A DNA stretch of 63,271 nucleotides, filler included, from Stramenopiles sp. TOSAG23-6 (GCA_900128565.1; 21 parts of 21 records of this genome joined end to end with filler, not necessarily neighbours in it); one strand, 5' to 3'. Counted from the whole stretch's first letter, positions 1 to 13,690 are shown. Notes: a model not told the origin generated them from the sequence alone. A program made the numbers and translations.

Positions 1-51
1 TACCTAACAAATTTTAGTTTTTTTTTTTTGAAATATTTTTCCAAAATACAT

Positions 52-811
52 GTCAAACATAATGATGACATTTGTCTTGTTTCCCTCGTTGACTTCGTAA
101 AATATATTCCACATTCTGGTATATTTCACACACGGCAAGATGCCAGAGGAATATGTAAGATGGTTCTTGGACCTGGAGCTGATCTTGCAAGTCTTAATAC
201 TCCAAATCGAGCTGCACTTGCGACTGAACTAGTTGAGATTACGGGTAAACCACATGTATTTTTATTTTTTTGAAAATTCGTTTTTTTTTTTTTGAAAATT
301 TTGTACCTAACAAATTTTAGTGTTTTTTTTTTGAAATATTTTTTCAAAATTCATTGGTTGATGGGCATTGAAATGAAAGGAAAAGACATCAAGTGGCCAC
401 AATGGCAGGGAAAAGAGCAACATGACATGTGGCCAAAGTCAGGTAGATATGGATCTCGGAAGTATCCTTGGCACCATGTCTCCGGACAGCCGAATGATTG
501 TGATGGTGTTGACTCAGAACCATGTACGTTTTAACCCTAATTCTAATTGAATGTAATTGTTTTTTCTTTCTATATATGAAACGTAAAGAAAAATGTGTAC
601 CTAACTATAGTACACAGAATAACAATGTAAAATATTTTTTCTTACTACATGTATATTTATTGGAACTGATGGTAAATGGTTTGATTTTTCGTGTTCTCCA
701 AAAACAAGTAACGGGAGCACACCTGGCCCAGAAATTACATGGTCTGATGGTCAACGTAAAATGTATAACTTGTACCCAATGTGTATAGTTCATAGATCAC
801 ATTTTTCCTAG
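52..811 (+). CDS. C-type lectin domain protein, 5'-partial; exons 52-255, 355-523, 651-811
   Basis: Removing introns 256-354 and 524-650 gives ...ARGICKMVLG..ADLASL..KPHWLMG..GQPNDCDG..EPCIFIGTDGKWFDFSC..YPMC*, a CTLD pattern (QPND, WFD, Cys). Confidence 0.7.
256..354 (+). mobile_element. Introner-family intron, GT..AT, flanked by AT repeat
   Basis: cAT|gtattt...tacctaac...aattcAT|tgg; restores KPH-WLMG. Confidence 0.85.
524..650 (+). mobile_element. Introner-family intron, GT..AT
   Basis: ccAT|gtacgt...tacctaac...ctacAT|gt; restores EP-CIFIG. Confidence 0.85.
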
Positions 812-873
812 TTAGTAAAATGTATAACTTGTACCCAATGTGTATAGTTCATAGATCGCATTTTTCCTAATTA
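756..873 (+). repeat. 59-bp tandem duplication spanning last codons and stop of the lectin gene
   Basis: gtaaaatgtataacttgtacccaatg...tttccta twice (756, 815). Confidence 0.9.
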
Positions 874-878
874 GTTTT

Positions 879-916
<38 letters not shown>

Positions 917-1085
917 GTCCTCTGAAAATAGAGGGCTACTACGTATTATAGAACTGAGTATAGGGAAATAACTTCATTTGTAAAATAAAAACCTCCATTC
1001 GTGATACATAAAATTTTATTCTATGAATCTCAACATTTCTATATATTATACCCAATAAAACTCAGAATTTTCTTTACAATAGATT

Positions 1086-2942
1086 TTATTCTACACACTT
1101 TTGCATTACACTATAAATCTCTGAATTCGCTTTTCCATTTGCGACTAAAGATGCAAAAAGTTTTTCTGCTGCAGAATTCTTTTGATCGATAGAATCTCCA
1201 CGTTCGGACTTATCCATAACAAAATTACGAAAATATGAAATTCCTGCATGTCCTCGATAACCACCAACACCAGAAGACCAAGCATCGAGCTGTCTAAGTC
1301 TAAGTGTATGTAATGTACTTTGGAAAAATATTTCAAAAAAAAAAACTTAAATTTGTTAGGTACAAAATTGCGTACGAAAAAAAACGAATTTGAAAAAAAA
1401 ATTAAAACATACATGCACTTTCGTTCACCGCAACATTTCTGTATATCGCACGTTTTTCAGTGTCCGATAATCCTACTTGTTTAATGAGTGTATGGAATAA
1501 AACATTAGCTTCTTCTTCATTACCTTCAAGACGTAACATCTTAAGTAAAGCACAATATGTCCTATTCGTAGGAATAATATTGTAGTGTTTCATATGAACA
1601 TCAATCAACTCTTTTTGTTCACTAGACGTTTCACAAATCCCCATTAATAAAGTATAATGAATAACATCGGCTAATCCTTTTTCACTAAGTTTGTGCAATA
1701 ACTTCCATGCCGCGATACTTGACGTTTTGTTTCTTTTCTTTATATATTCAGTTGTTTTTACCCCGTCACCAAAACATTGTTTTAATGACATATTTACTAG
1801 AGACTTTAATCGGCAAATTCGTAGAGATTTCAAATCAGTTTCAACAGTTCCAAATATATTATACACAGGAACTTTAATCATCGGCATTATTGATTTCTCA
1901 ATAAATTCGGCCTCTTCGAAATTTCCTTCAACATTTAAATGGTAAAGGAAAGAATTATACAAAAATCCATTTGGACAAATTTCTCTTTCTGGAAATGTTT
2001 TCTGTATTAATTGACGATACTTATTACTATGTATTGTAAGAAAATATTTCAAACATTTGAAATTTGTTAGGTACGAAATTGCGTACGAAAAAAAATGCAA
2101 AAAAAATAAATTTAAAATTCATGATGAAACGTATGGAAAAAAATATAAAAACTCAAAACACTCAAAAAAAAAACCTTAGGTACAACATTTCGTACCAAAA
2201 AAAACAAAATTCATGATGAAAACGTACGTCATCGCAACGACTAATCTTTTCTATTAAATCCTTTGGTAAATCTTTCTTTAAAACTTTACGGAATGAAAAA
2301 TGATTTTTTCTATATGCTGTTTTTGAAAATGATTTTGCATCTACATAATTTTTACTTTTAGATTTCGCCTTTGACAATGTTTTTGCATTATCCATTTGAA
2401 TTTCAAATTTATTGTTTTTTTGAGAAATATATTTTGTATCTAACGAGTCATCATTACACGTACTTTTAGTGGTGTGTGTCACATCTGATGCTATACTAGA
2501 TTTATTTGGACCACGAAGTGATTGAAGTAAGTTCAAACTTGCATTCCCAATTGCATTTGCTACAGAAGTAAATGTAGTTGGTTCTATATTTTTCGTTTGT
2601 GTTGGTTCTATACTTTTCGTTTGTGTTGGTTCATCGCCATTGTATCGATTCACTATTGCAGGAATAACACGATCGTTTTCACACTGAAACTCATTAGGTA
2701 CAAAATGATTAGTACGAAATTCATTTTTACGTACATTGTGTAAAGGTTCAGCAGTATACGTTTTGTTTACTACAGACTCCATCTTGCTTTCAATTGAAGT
2801 ATCAAGTTGCGAATATATTTCACATGGTTTTGTTTTTTCAAATGTTTCTATTTGATTTGGTTTTGTTTTGAAAGTAGCCGAATCGATTTTTAAAGATTTT
2901 TGATTTACATCTTCATGAGCATCGGATTGATTCTTTAAATAA
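1086..2942 (-). CDS. PPR-like helical repeat protein, 5'-partial; introns 2029-2227 (double) and 1313-1412
   Basis: PPR-like motifs (PTNRTYCALLKMLRLEGNEEEANVLF, PNGFLYNSFL); frame continuous after intron removal to stop at 1086. Confidence 0.55.
1313..1412 (-). mobile_element. Introner-family intron, GT..AT
   Basis: Minus strand gcAT|gtatgt...tacctaac...agtacAT|ta; restores ESA-LHTLR. Confidence 0.85.
2029..2227 (-). mobile_element. Compound intron made of two fused family units
   Basis: Two branch/hairpin modules; the second unit begins atacgtttcatcatg overlapping the atac end of the first; removal joins CDD-SNKY in frame. Confidence 0.7.
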
Positions 2943-3042
2943 NNNNNNNNNNNNNNNNNNNNNNNNNNNNNNNNNNNNNNNNNNNNTTAATTAATTAANN
3001 NNNNNNNNNNNNNNNNNNNNNNNNNNNNNNNNNNNNNNNNNN
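2943..3042. other. Artificial contig spacer N-TTAATTAATTAA-N (recurs about every 3 kb)
   Basis: Identical 12-mer with stops in all six frames inside N runs, about 20 times. Confidence 0.98.
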
Positions 3043-3506
3043 CAGATGAAGATATTCCACAAATTATGGATGCTGTTTCATTAGATGGTGATCGCGTGAC
3101 GTATGGAGAATTCGCCCCTCTGGCATATGATTTACTTGTTGAAATTACCAAACAGGAACTTGGAAAACAAGGTAATGGTAACGACACAGCTCAAGAAAGA
3201 GCCACGGAAATTGCAAGAGAAGAAGCAGAAGATCTGCTCGTTAATGGTATGACAAAAGATCAAGTGGAAGAAATTCTAGTCAATATTTTTCAGGATGCTG
3301 ATAGCGATGGTAGTGGTACATTAAGCAGAGATGAATTCGGACAGTGTTTGAGAGATACTGATGTAGGTCTCACTGAAGGTGATATTGAGTATTTAATGGA
3401 TAAAACAGATGAAAATCAAGATGGTTTGATAAGTTTTGGCGAGTTTGTACCATTAGCGTTTGATCTTCTTGTAGAAGTCATGGCCCGACAACTAGTAGAA
3501 CAATGA
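3043..3506 (+). CDS. EF-hand calcium-binding protein, 5'-partial
   Basis: Loops DADSDGSGTLSRDEF, DENQDGLISFGEF and DGDRVTYGEF. Confidence 0.85.
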
Positions 3507-3643
3507 AAATAGTAGGGTATTCATTTCGAAAATGGACATCATTTCTTGCTATGCTACAAACAAAAACAAAAACAAACTGTATAACTTTGTACTAAGTATT
3601 TATTTTTATAGAATAAAATGTTTACAAACGTATTCCTTGAACA

Positions 3644-5983
3644 TTATATTCCTGTTGATGCACTGTATACTGAATGTCTTTCTTTAAAATCAATTTCCTC
3701 TGTATTAGATGCATCATTTGTATCTACAAACCGCTTACTAGTAAAGCTATTATTATTATTATTATTATTATTATTACTTACCACAATATACTTTTCAGAA
3801 CCTTCCATTGTTTCTAATAGTTTGCGCCCGTCAAGTAATGACTCCAAGCAAAGAGTTGAGTCGTCAATGCGAGCCACACTAGGATAACCTCGTATCAGCA
3901 GCAATCGATGGCGCATGTCGCGAGCAGTTTGTTCAGATTCTAGAGCTGCCGTAGATGCTATATTGGACGTAGATTGAGATGATGATTCAGATTTGGCCTT
4001 GGATGATTCACTCTGACGCTGCATTGAGATTCTTTTCTCACTGGCTTGTTCCATGTGCGCGTGAAGCTTTTGTAATCTTTTCCATTTTACCAATGTATCA
4101 ACTGAAGCAGAGACAAAACNNNNNNNNNNNNNNNNAGTTTTCATTTGTTGATGTTGAAAGTGCTGATAAAGGTGCAACAATATGTCGGAATAGCGTTAGT
4201 GCCCAAGAATTATCAACACGCTTCGATATTGTTAAATCATTCTTCTGTGATTCCTTTTTTTTGAAACTCTTTCTATCTTCATCAGATCTTGTACTACCAA
4301 CATCGAGGCCCATCAAAGGTGAAATCTGATATGTTTTAATATCTTTTTCTAAATGACGGAGCAGATATCCTCGAAGTGAATCATCGTGCAAGTAATATGA
4401 AGCGGCAAGGGCGCCATTTAAAGGTAACCCACATGTAGTTTGATGTAGCATACCACTTTCATCTGGTTGTAAATGAGGATGTAAGCCTCGAACAAAACCT
4501 ACGACAGAATCTTGCAAAAATTTAAAAATATATTGTCGTTTTTGTTTGATATTTGGCAAACGAAATGCCGCATTATTTTCATTGGTTGCATGATTCGTTT
4601 CTATATTGTTATCAATATTTCCTTTATCCTGCTTTGTTTGAAGTACTTCTAACAAAGTATCAAAATAACGAAGATGACTTGCAGCTGCTTTAAGAGCATG
4701 AAAAGACCATTTGCCACTACTATAACTACTTTGTGTCATCATCACATCAAACTTTTCTACGTATTCGTCCCAACCTTTCATAAGTCGAATACCTAAGGAT
4801 TCCTTCAATTCTTCAATAAGTGATAAAGTCACCCATACCATGCCATTACCATGGAAAGGTAAGCGTTGCCATAAACTGTCTCTATAAAATAGCTGAAGTC
4901 CTGCAAGCCAACGTTGCAATTGTTCCAAAAATTGTGTATCACCTGTAGCTTGCTGATAAATTGCTGCAAGAATTATTGCATTCGTTGTAAATGTTGGTGT
5001 GTCTACACCCCACTCATCTTGGTCAGGATGGCGTCGACTTGCAATCACTTCAGCTATGGGTTTCCCCTTTTTATTTTCACTAAGATCAGTCGTGTCCATT
5101 TCCGATTCCGTGCGTTTTACCACAGTAGAAACTGCACCTAATGCACTTAAGGGCTGCCCCGAAGATAACTGGGCAAGAGCTGATCTGAGTAAAGGTTGCA
5201 ATGTCATATCGCCAGTCTCACTGCAATATCTTGCCAATGCCGTTAATGCACCTAACTGTCGATTGATACAATTGCTTATAGAATTTGACGTTTCGCCGAG
5301 GCTACTTTCGTTTCTTGTATTACCACCTAATGGAGGCGGCAATCCAAGCCCTGTGTGTAGTGAGTCCCGCTCGCGATTTTTCATTTCATCTAAATCTTGA
5401 ACATTAATACAACCTCCTTCAGGACCCCAATTCATGTTTGAATGACTCCATTCATATCCAAACAAAGCACCCCCTCCACCATGACGAAACCGTCTTAATA
5501 AATGAGAAACTACATTCTGAAGGGCGCTATTTACACTTGAAGAGATACGACTAACATCATTGCGTTGCAGAGGAACAGTGATTCCGCTAACACCCTTCAA
5601 AGGAGGAGGTATCCCGTTTGTCTTTTCTTCTTGAACTGGAAGAACCAATGAAAATTTTACAGATGAAGAAGAACCTATAAGTCTTCCTACACCATCCAGT
5701 TCTAGCCAAATGTTCAGCACCATTTTTAATTGTTTTTTTTCTTCATTAGAATTGACTAACGACCCCGACGATACCCTTTGCGCTGCTACCCAGGCTTTCG
5801 TCTTTGTATCTAAACCAATCGCTACTTCTGGTTGACTCTTTGTATCATTGCTATTTAACAATAAAGGCATAGTAGCGAGATTTTGACAGAAAGAACCTAC
5901 CTTAGGATTGTGTTTTTCTGTCAGTTTTTCATCTCCGGTTTTATTTATTAGGGTTAGGGTTGAAGGTTTGACGTCGTCAGGAG
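3644..5983 (-). CDS. Uncharacterized large protein, 5'-partial, interrupted by an N gap
   Basis: ORFs 4098-5870 and 3644-4180 either side of the gap; frame open to the contig edge. Confidence 0.6.
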
Positions 5984-6083
5984 NNNNNNNNNNNNNNNNN
6001 NNNNNNNNNNNNNNNNNNNNNNNNNNNTTAATTAATTAANNNNNNNNNNNNNNNNNNNNNNNNNNNNNNNNNNNNNNNNNNNN

Positions 6084-9020
6084 AACCCAATTAGAGATCC
6101 GCCAAGTAGACCATTATCAGCAAATGGAAATCCCATTCCAATTGGTAAACCAAATAAACCAAATACAAAAAATAAAAAAAATACAAAAAATAAAAAAAAT
6201 ACAAAAAATACAAAATGTCCAATGTTGATGTCAGTATTTACAAATCTTTCCATTTTAACTACGTCACTTCGACGACAACGAGCTAATATTGATTATATTG
6301 AAAGAAGTGCTCTGGCTTGTACGTTTTTTTTTAACCCTAACCCTAATGATTCTGTACCTCCACGTTTTTTTCTTTCAACGCTAACCCTAAACAAAATGTT
6401 GTACCTAACAAAAATTAACATTTCTGAAATATTGTCTCGAAATTACAGGTAATCGAATGTCGATTACTGAAAGTCAAAAAGAGAGATATTGTTTACGTCG
6501 TAGACCAGGTCCAGAAGCATCGCCACTATTGACAAAACTATATTATTGTGAAAAGAATATAAAATTAAAATATAGAGAAATGTTGAGACAAATTAAGATG
6601 GAGAGACGAAACAAGGGTCGGAAAAAAAAAAGAAGTATTATTCATTCGACTCGTAATTTTCATCAAAAGAAAGAAAAAAAAACATTGAAAGATTTCACAA
6701 AACGACAGAAAAAAACCTCTACAATTTCTACACATTTTAATAATTCTAAAACGTCTAAACACTCTACAATAAAACTAAAACAACAGCACAAACAGAACCA
6801 AAATGTTTTATATAGTGAGTCTAATAGTACTTCTAGTGGTAACAGTATTGAATGTAGTCATGTCAATTCGAATTCTTTTCAAGGTAGACATAGAGAAATT
6901 ATATCAAGAACTACATCATTACTTAGTACAGGCAACACATCAAGTACTATTAAACATATAGAAAATACAATGACTGGTCCTAAAAGTATTTCAAGCAACA
7001 CATCAAGTACTATTAAACATATAGAAAATAGAATGACTGGTCCTAAAAGTATTTCAAGTAGCAAATCAGGTACAATTAAACATATAGATCATTTTGAAAA
7101 CAAAACAACACAGATAATAGAATCTACAAATAAAGAATCAAAATGGATCATTGGTGATGTTTCAGTACAAAAGATATTAAGTGAAGGACAGACAGTGGAT
7201 AAAAATGACATCATTGATTCTGTTCAAGACAAATTATCACTTGATAAAGACATCGAACGACCCATCTCTGTATGGGGTGGAAGAAGTGAAAACATGGCCG
7301 GTGTGATTATCGTTGGACCTGATTCTAATGACTCCAATAGAGACATCATTCCACAAAATAATACTTATGCTTCTGCATACCCTCCAGGTATAGGTGCTAT
7401 TGAAACAACAACTCATCACATATCAAATTCAATTGATGAAACAAATATTGAAAAAGCAAAAGACGAAGCAGATAAAAATGCAGCATTTGCAGAACTTATT
7501 CAAAAGTCTAATAAAGGTATTGTATTAGCTAAATTTTGTACGGAGGAAGATCGGATAAATAATGAAATTTATCCTGAAGCACAGTATAGTGAGAGTGATC
7601 ATTACAAATCTGATGTCTCAGATCGGTCAAAAATTATCAAAAAGAAAAAAAGAAAAAAAGGTAAACGAATTTCCAGATATAAAAGAAACAAAAGAAATGA
7701 TCAAGTAAATAATATATATAATGAAAGAAATGTAATGAATCAAAATAAATCAATTGAAGTCTCATTCAAATATGAACGAGATAAAACAGATAAAAACGAA
7801 ACTTGGTCATTATCCAATCCTAGAATGACGGCAGTATCCAATTCAACAATGACGCAATCTGAGGATACTTTAGTCACTGATACCCTACATCCTAACCCTA
7901 ACACTACTACGGTAGTCACGAAATCGGGAACAAATCTATTAAAAGCATGGTTACATAAAGCTAAATCAAATTTGCAACAACAAGTAGCAGAAAAGCGAGA
8001 TATAGGAAGATGTACGTTTTCAATACATTGATTTTTTTTTTGTACATTTCATTTTTTTTTAAATTTCAAATTTATTTAAAAAAAAATGTTTTTTACAATA
8101 TTTTTCACAATTTATGGTTGCGCTTGCTAGAACGACGATTGGTTGAAAGTACAAGTACGTATAAAGTACTACGTCATTTAAAACATATCATTGCACGCTT
8201 TACAGCATTACCATCAAGAGAACAAAAACAAATCAAATATCAATTGGATATGTTGAAAATAAAGAGTAATCCTAACCCTAATGAAAATCCTACCCATAAT
8301 GAAATCAGTCATCAAAAAAAAAGTAAATTATCGAGAGAAAGACAAAAATACAAAACGAAACGCCTCCAATTAAAACTTGTCAAAGCAAATGATAGAATGG
8401 TTCAATTTGAAAAACATCTATCAACATTGTCTGTATCTGTAGTAATAGAAGCAATATCTAGCATACAACAAAATCTTGAATACATGTACGTTTTCAATTT
8501 TTCAATGTTTCAATTTTAAGTTTTTTTTTTGTAGTAAATTTTGTACCTAACAAAAAAAACTTTTACCGAAAAAAAAATATTTCCCAAAAATACATAGGAC
8601 AAATGTGTGCAGTTTTGGCCGCTGATTTAACTCGTTGGAACAAAACTGATGATAATTATACAAACACACGAAATATGTCAATGATAAAGTTGATGGAAAG
8701 TGATAATAATAAGAATAATAAGAATAATAAGAATAATAAGAAAAAGCTGAAAACAAAACAAAAAAGCACCCAACAACGAAAATTGAAACAACGAATGTGT
8801 TGGCATTGTGGAATAAAACTGCCTTATACAACTGGAAACTTTTGCGAATTGTGTGGTGTAGCCCTTCCACCGAGTGTTTCGTTTAATCGTGAATCATCCT
8901 TTGGTTCTCCACCTCCAAAACCATTTGGTCCTCCACCTCCAAAACCACCAAAACCACCAAAACCACCAAAACCATTTGGTCCTCCACCTCCAAAACCACC
9001 AAAACCACCAAAACCACCAA
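6084..9020 (+). CDS. Uncharacterized low-complexity protein with CxxC..CxxC motif and Pro-rich tail; introns 6319-6448, 8012-8115, 8486-8595
   Basis: ORF pieces join in frame after intron removal; CWHCG..FCELCG; PPKP repeats. Confidence 0.6.
6319..6448 (+). mobile_element. Introner-family intron, rare GT..AG variant
   Basis: gtacgt...tacctaac...aattacAG; contains CCCTAA repeats. Confidence 0.75.
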
Positions 9021-9174
9021 NNNNNNNNNNNNNNNNNNNNNNNNNNNNNNNNNNNNNNNNNNNNTTAATTAATTAANNNNNNNNNNNNNNNNNNNNNNNN
9101 NNNNNNNNNNNNNNNNNNNNTACGAAATTTTGTACCTAACGAAAAATCATTTGAAATATTTTTCCAAAATACAT

Positions 9175-11421
9175 GAAAAAAAGATACAAACGATATCGAG
9201 CAGCAGTGCGTTGTTGGAGAGAAAGACATGCAAGGCCTCTTGTAAACCGTGTAGAACAACACATTGCTCGTGAAATTCGTAATTATATGGAAGTTCAATC
9301 TTTGCGAACAAAAAACGATATTCGAATGACACGTATTATTTTTAAGAGATGGCGGAGAGAATCGAGAAAATCTCGTCCACACGTCAAAGCAAAAATGTCA
9401 AAAGTCTTACAAATGCTAAATGAACGAAACTCTCGTACACTAAAACTTTGTTTTCAAAGTTGGGGGCTTTGTGCGAATGGAAAGGGGAGTTGTAAAGCTG
9501 TAAAAGCTGCATATAGAGCTAGGTATATAAAGGCGAGAGCTACGGTAAAAGATAAATCACGAATTAAAGGAATTATTGCAAAAAGTGAGATTTTACGACA
9601 ATTAAATTGCGATGCGACTGCAATCATTCGTGCAAACCATACAAAATATTTAATGCTCACATGTTTTAGTGCATGGGAATATGATACACTTTCAAAATTT
9701 AGATGGAAAGTTAGTCAAGCAAATCGACATTTTTTCATAACAACGACAAGCAAATGTTTCCAAGCTTGGCATTATTATATTGATATGGTTTTATCAGGAT
9801 TACCTGGTGCACCTCGGGAAGGTGCGCAGAGGTTTCAATCACTACATAATCAAAATGCAATACATCAACACTGGCGACGTAGTCATCTACGAAAGCATTT
9901 AAAGTATTGGAATATTTATTCTAAACCGAGAGCACACGTTCGAAGGCTAGAGAATGAACATGTAGGTTCCCATACTGAATTTCAAATTTAGTTTTTTTTT
10001 CATATGCAATTTTGTACCTAACGATTTTTTTTTGAAATATTTTTTTATAATGTATGCAAACAAACGTGCTAGATGGGCCATTGACACGTGGAAATGTAGA
10101 ACGATTTGGTCAAAACGTATGAAAGCCTTGTGTGTGTCAGAATGGAAAGATTATGGTGAAAGACTTATGTCAGTACCTTTTCGAGCATGGTTTTGTTGGG
10201 CACATGTACGTTTTCATTATGAATTTTATTTATTTACTTTTTTTTTTTAGTATGAAATTTTGTACCTAACAATTTTTTTTTGGTAAAAAAAAAAAAANAT
10301 ATTTTTTCACAATATATGAAAGAAGGATACGAAAAACAACAAAACGAGTCATCGTCAGCGCATTTCGACGTAGAAAAATGTATCATAGAAAATACCAAAT
10401 ATTTAAAGCCTGGAAACATTTAGCAATGTTTGGTAAAGTGGAAGGCTTAAAGAGTAGGGTATCATGTACGTTTGCAAATTTAAAATTTTACCTACATGTT
10501 TTTACTATGAAAATTTTGTCCCTAACAATTTTTTTTCTTAAAGAAAAAAAATATTTTTTCACAATACATTGATAAAAGCATTACAAGAACAAAATACATT
10601 TGCAGTGGCACTCGAGGAAACAATCGATAAATTACAAGATGAATTAGAAGTATCAGAAGCCGCATTGAAATCCCAACAGGAGGAAAATAAAGAACAACTG
10701 GAAAAACATGAAGACTTGTACGTTTTCAAAATTGTATTTTAATTTTTTTTTTGGTAGAAAATTTGTACCTAACGAATTTCAAATGTAAAATATTTTTTAA
10801 GAATACTTGGAGCATAAATTCCAAAGACATGAGTTTGCGTTGCATACTGCGGAAGCAGAAATAGTTCGGTTGCAGTCAATAATTGATGCTCTCACAATCA
10901 TGTACCCTAGTACAGTAAAACTTTTGGATGATGCTGCTGGAGGAAACCCAAAAGATGAAAATAAAGCTGTACATGAAAATACTGATGACAATCAAATAGA
11001 TACAGCGAATGACGATGCTGACATTCTTGATTTAAAACCTTTTGTGAGAATGAGAATTAAAGAATCCAATGAAAATGATGATGATGCTACAGAAGTGAAA
11101 AGTAAAGAATCCAATGAAAAAGATTCTACCAAAGATAGCACGAAACAAAAGATTACACTGAATTCTATGCCAAGCACAGAAGAACTTGTTATAGATTCTA
11201 GTAATGATTCCAGTAATGTAATTAACAGTATACAAAGCCCAGAAAACAAGGTCGTGGGCTCTAGTAATGACTTAAATGTTGCCACTTTGAAAGCAACCAC
11301 TACAGTCACAGAGGAACAACAAAACGTTGAATCTGTGGATGCAAATCAAACCAACACACCGGCAAGTGACTCTACTAATAATGTAAATGATAAAGCTCTA
11401 CAAATGACTCAAGAGCATTGA
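9175..11421 (+). CDS. Sfi1-like (centrin-binding repeat) coiled-coil protein, partial; introns 9962-10055, 10206-10317, 10466-10569, 10718-10808
   Basis: Repeated F/LxxW motifs in basic helices (CFQSW, CFSAW, CFQAW, PFRAW, IFKAW); all four introns restore the frame. Confidence 0.55.
10718..10808 (+). mobile_element. Introner-family intron, GT..TT with TT repeat
   Basis: gacTT|gtacg...aatacTT|ggag; restores EDL-EHK. Confidence 0.85.
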
Positions 11422-12000
11422 TTGCATTTTTACATGCATCACGATTTTCTATATGATGCGCAGGTATATTCGATAATCTCTGGGTTTCAACAAGTTTAGT
11501 TAGTTGTGCTGCACAAGGTCGGACTAACTCTAGAAGAATTTCACATGCTCGACTTATTGGTTTTAATTGAGCAACAACCCCTGCCAAACCTCTAACTACA
11601 TGCATTTGACTATCTTTTGGTAAGCGTTGAACGCCTGGATGTACATGTATTGTAGGAAAATAATTGTTTTTTAGATTTTTTTGTTAGGTACAACATTTCG
11701 TATGAAAAAACAATATAAATTTGAAATTCATTATGAAAAACGTACACTTAAAACATGTTTGATACTTGCTTCCGACGCAATAAAATGTGTTCCACAACGA
11801 CTACACAATAGAGCAAATGCATCGGCAGCTGCCGGAGAAATAACTGGATTAGCTTCAAGAAGTCCACTAACGATCATATTAAAGGCTGGAGTCAATTGTT
11901 GAGGATTTCGATTCAACCAATGTGAAAAACGACCAATGACAACAATACACACTCTAAGCAATCGGATATTATTACTCCATCCAGAACTTTTTTGTGTGAT
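11375..12000 (-). CDS. Transportin-3/importin-13-like HEAT protein fragment; intron 11645-11745
   Basis: IGRFSHWLNRNPQQLTPAFNMIVSGL..AAADAFALLCSRC resembles TNPO3/Mtr10 HEAT repeats; the upstream partial intron ends atacAA. Confidence 0.55.
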
Positions 12001-12194
12001 TTGTATTTTGGAAAAATATTTCAAAAAAAATCTAAAAAAAATTGTTAGGTACAAAANNNNNNNNNNNNNNNNNNNNNNNNNNNNNNNNNNNNNNNNNNNN
12101 TTAATTAATTAANNNNNNNNNNNNNNNNNNNNNNNNNNNNNNNNNNNNNNNNNNNNAAATGGATAAAAAAAATATTATGGTTATATTATATATA

Positions 12195-12236
<42 letters not shown>

Positions 12237-12884
12237 CATGATGAATTTCAAATTTATTTTTACAAAAAAAAAAAAATCATAATTTTTTTTCAAATCCAAC
12301 AAAAATAATAATATAATAATATATTGAATATAATTGATCAAAGCAAGTTCAAATTGTGCATTACTAATTTACTATTCTTATTCCCTATACATACTATATA
12401 CAATATATTAGCATCGTTGTCCGGAACCGGGTACCTGTATTTGACCAATTTCTCAAAATCTCAAAACCTCAAAAAAATAGGTCAAAATTACAAAATTAGG
12501 GTTAGGGTTGATAAAAACAACACGAAATATATGGAAAAAACATGAAAAAAATGAAAAACTCGAGAGATCTCACAAACTCTATATACTAGTCATTTTCTCC
12601 TCTACAAAACGAAAAGTTAGTGCTGTCCTTTAGGTACGGAATTTCGTATACACAAGACAATGGGAGAATCACGATACCCGGTACTACTTACGTGAGAAAA
12701 AAAAAATTCCAAAGACAAAATTTCAATTTTGCTGACTGACTCGACAACAACAACATTGAATAGAATGGAATGAACAAATTTCTATACTTTGTTATAATTT
12801 TAAAGAATAGTTTATTGTACAACTCTATCATTATAGTACTTATCTATATTATGCATTGTACAAAATAGTTTTACTTAATACAAA

Positions 12885-13690
12885 ATGGCTCATATATTGG
12901 AATCTCCAACACATCTTTATAGTAGAGCTGACGTTTGTACGTTGAAACGTTCCTTAAAGATCAAAGAAGAAACCAAAAAACGAATATTGATTACTACACT
13001 ACTAAAAAACAATCCAAAGCGTAAAAAGATCCGCGTGAAAGCCACTAACCGTAATGATACACATATAAAAGTATATTTATCGAGAGCTTCAATTGAACAA
13101 CTTTCTGAAGCAGTTGAACGTGATATTAAAGTTACTTCCCGTACAACTTTTTCAAATCGTACAATTCTATCCAATCAAAATAGCAACAATATCAAAATTG
13201 ATGTCAATGATTTCCCTAAAACACATGAAAAATCACACAAAAAGAATGAATCGTTTAAACAATTAGAAAAACATTTTCGATCAACCTTACGACATGAATA
13301 CATTGGTACAAAAACACCAGGATTTGAACATGTTGTTGATTTTCAAAATCTAGATGAAAATACAGACTATAACAAATTACAAATTAAAGAATTATCATTG
13401 AATTCTCTAAACTCTTTAAATTCTCTGAGTTCTCTGAGTTCTATGAGTTCTGTCAGTACAAAGCAAACAATACAATCAATATGTAGTGTAGATGATTTAA
13501 GTGATGATGTTCATCTTACTAAAGATTTGATTAATCTTGAGAATGCAAAAATATATACGTTACAAAATAGACCTGGATTTTTTTTTATTAGAAATGTATT
13601 TACAAAAGAACAAGAATATCGTTGGGTGAATCGAATAGTAAAGAATTTTATAAGTAAGCCATATAGAAATAATGTGATGAATTCTAATGA
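12885..13690 (+). CDS. ALKBH1-like AlkB dioxygenase N-terminal part
   Basis: FKQLEKHFR..VVDFQ and LQNRPGFFFIRNVFTKEQEYRWV..KPYRNN resemble the ALKBH1 N-terminal region. Confidence 0.55.

Noticed and set aside
2987-2998. Recurring TTAATTAATTAA as a biological repeat
   Set aside because: Always centred in fixed-length N runs; a standard six-frame-stop contig linker
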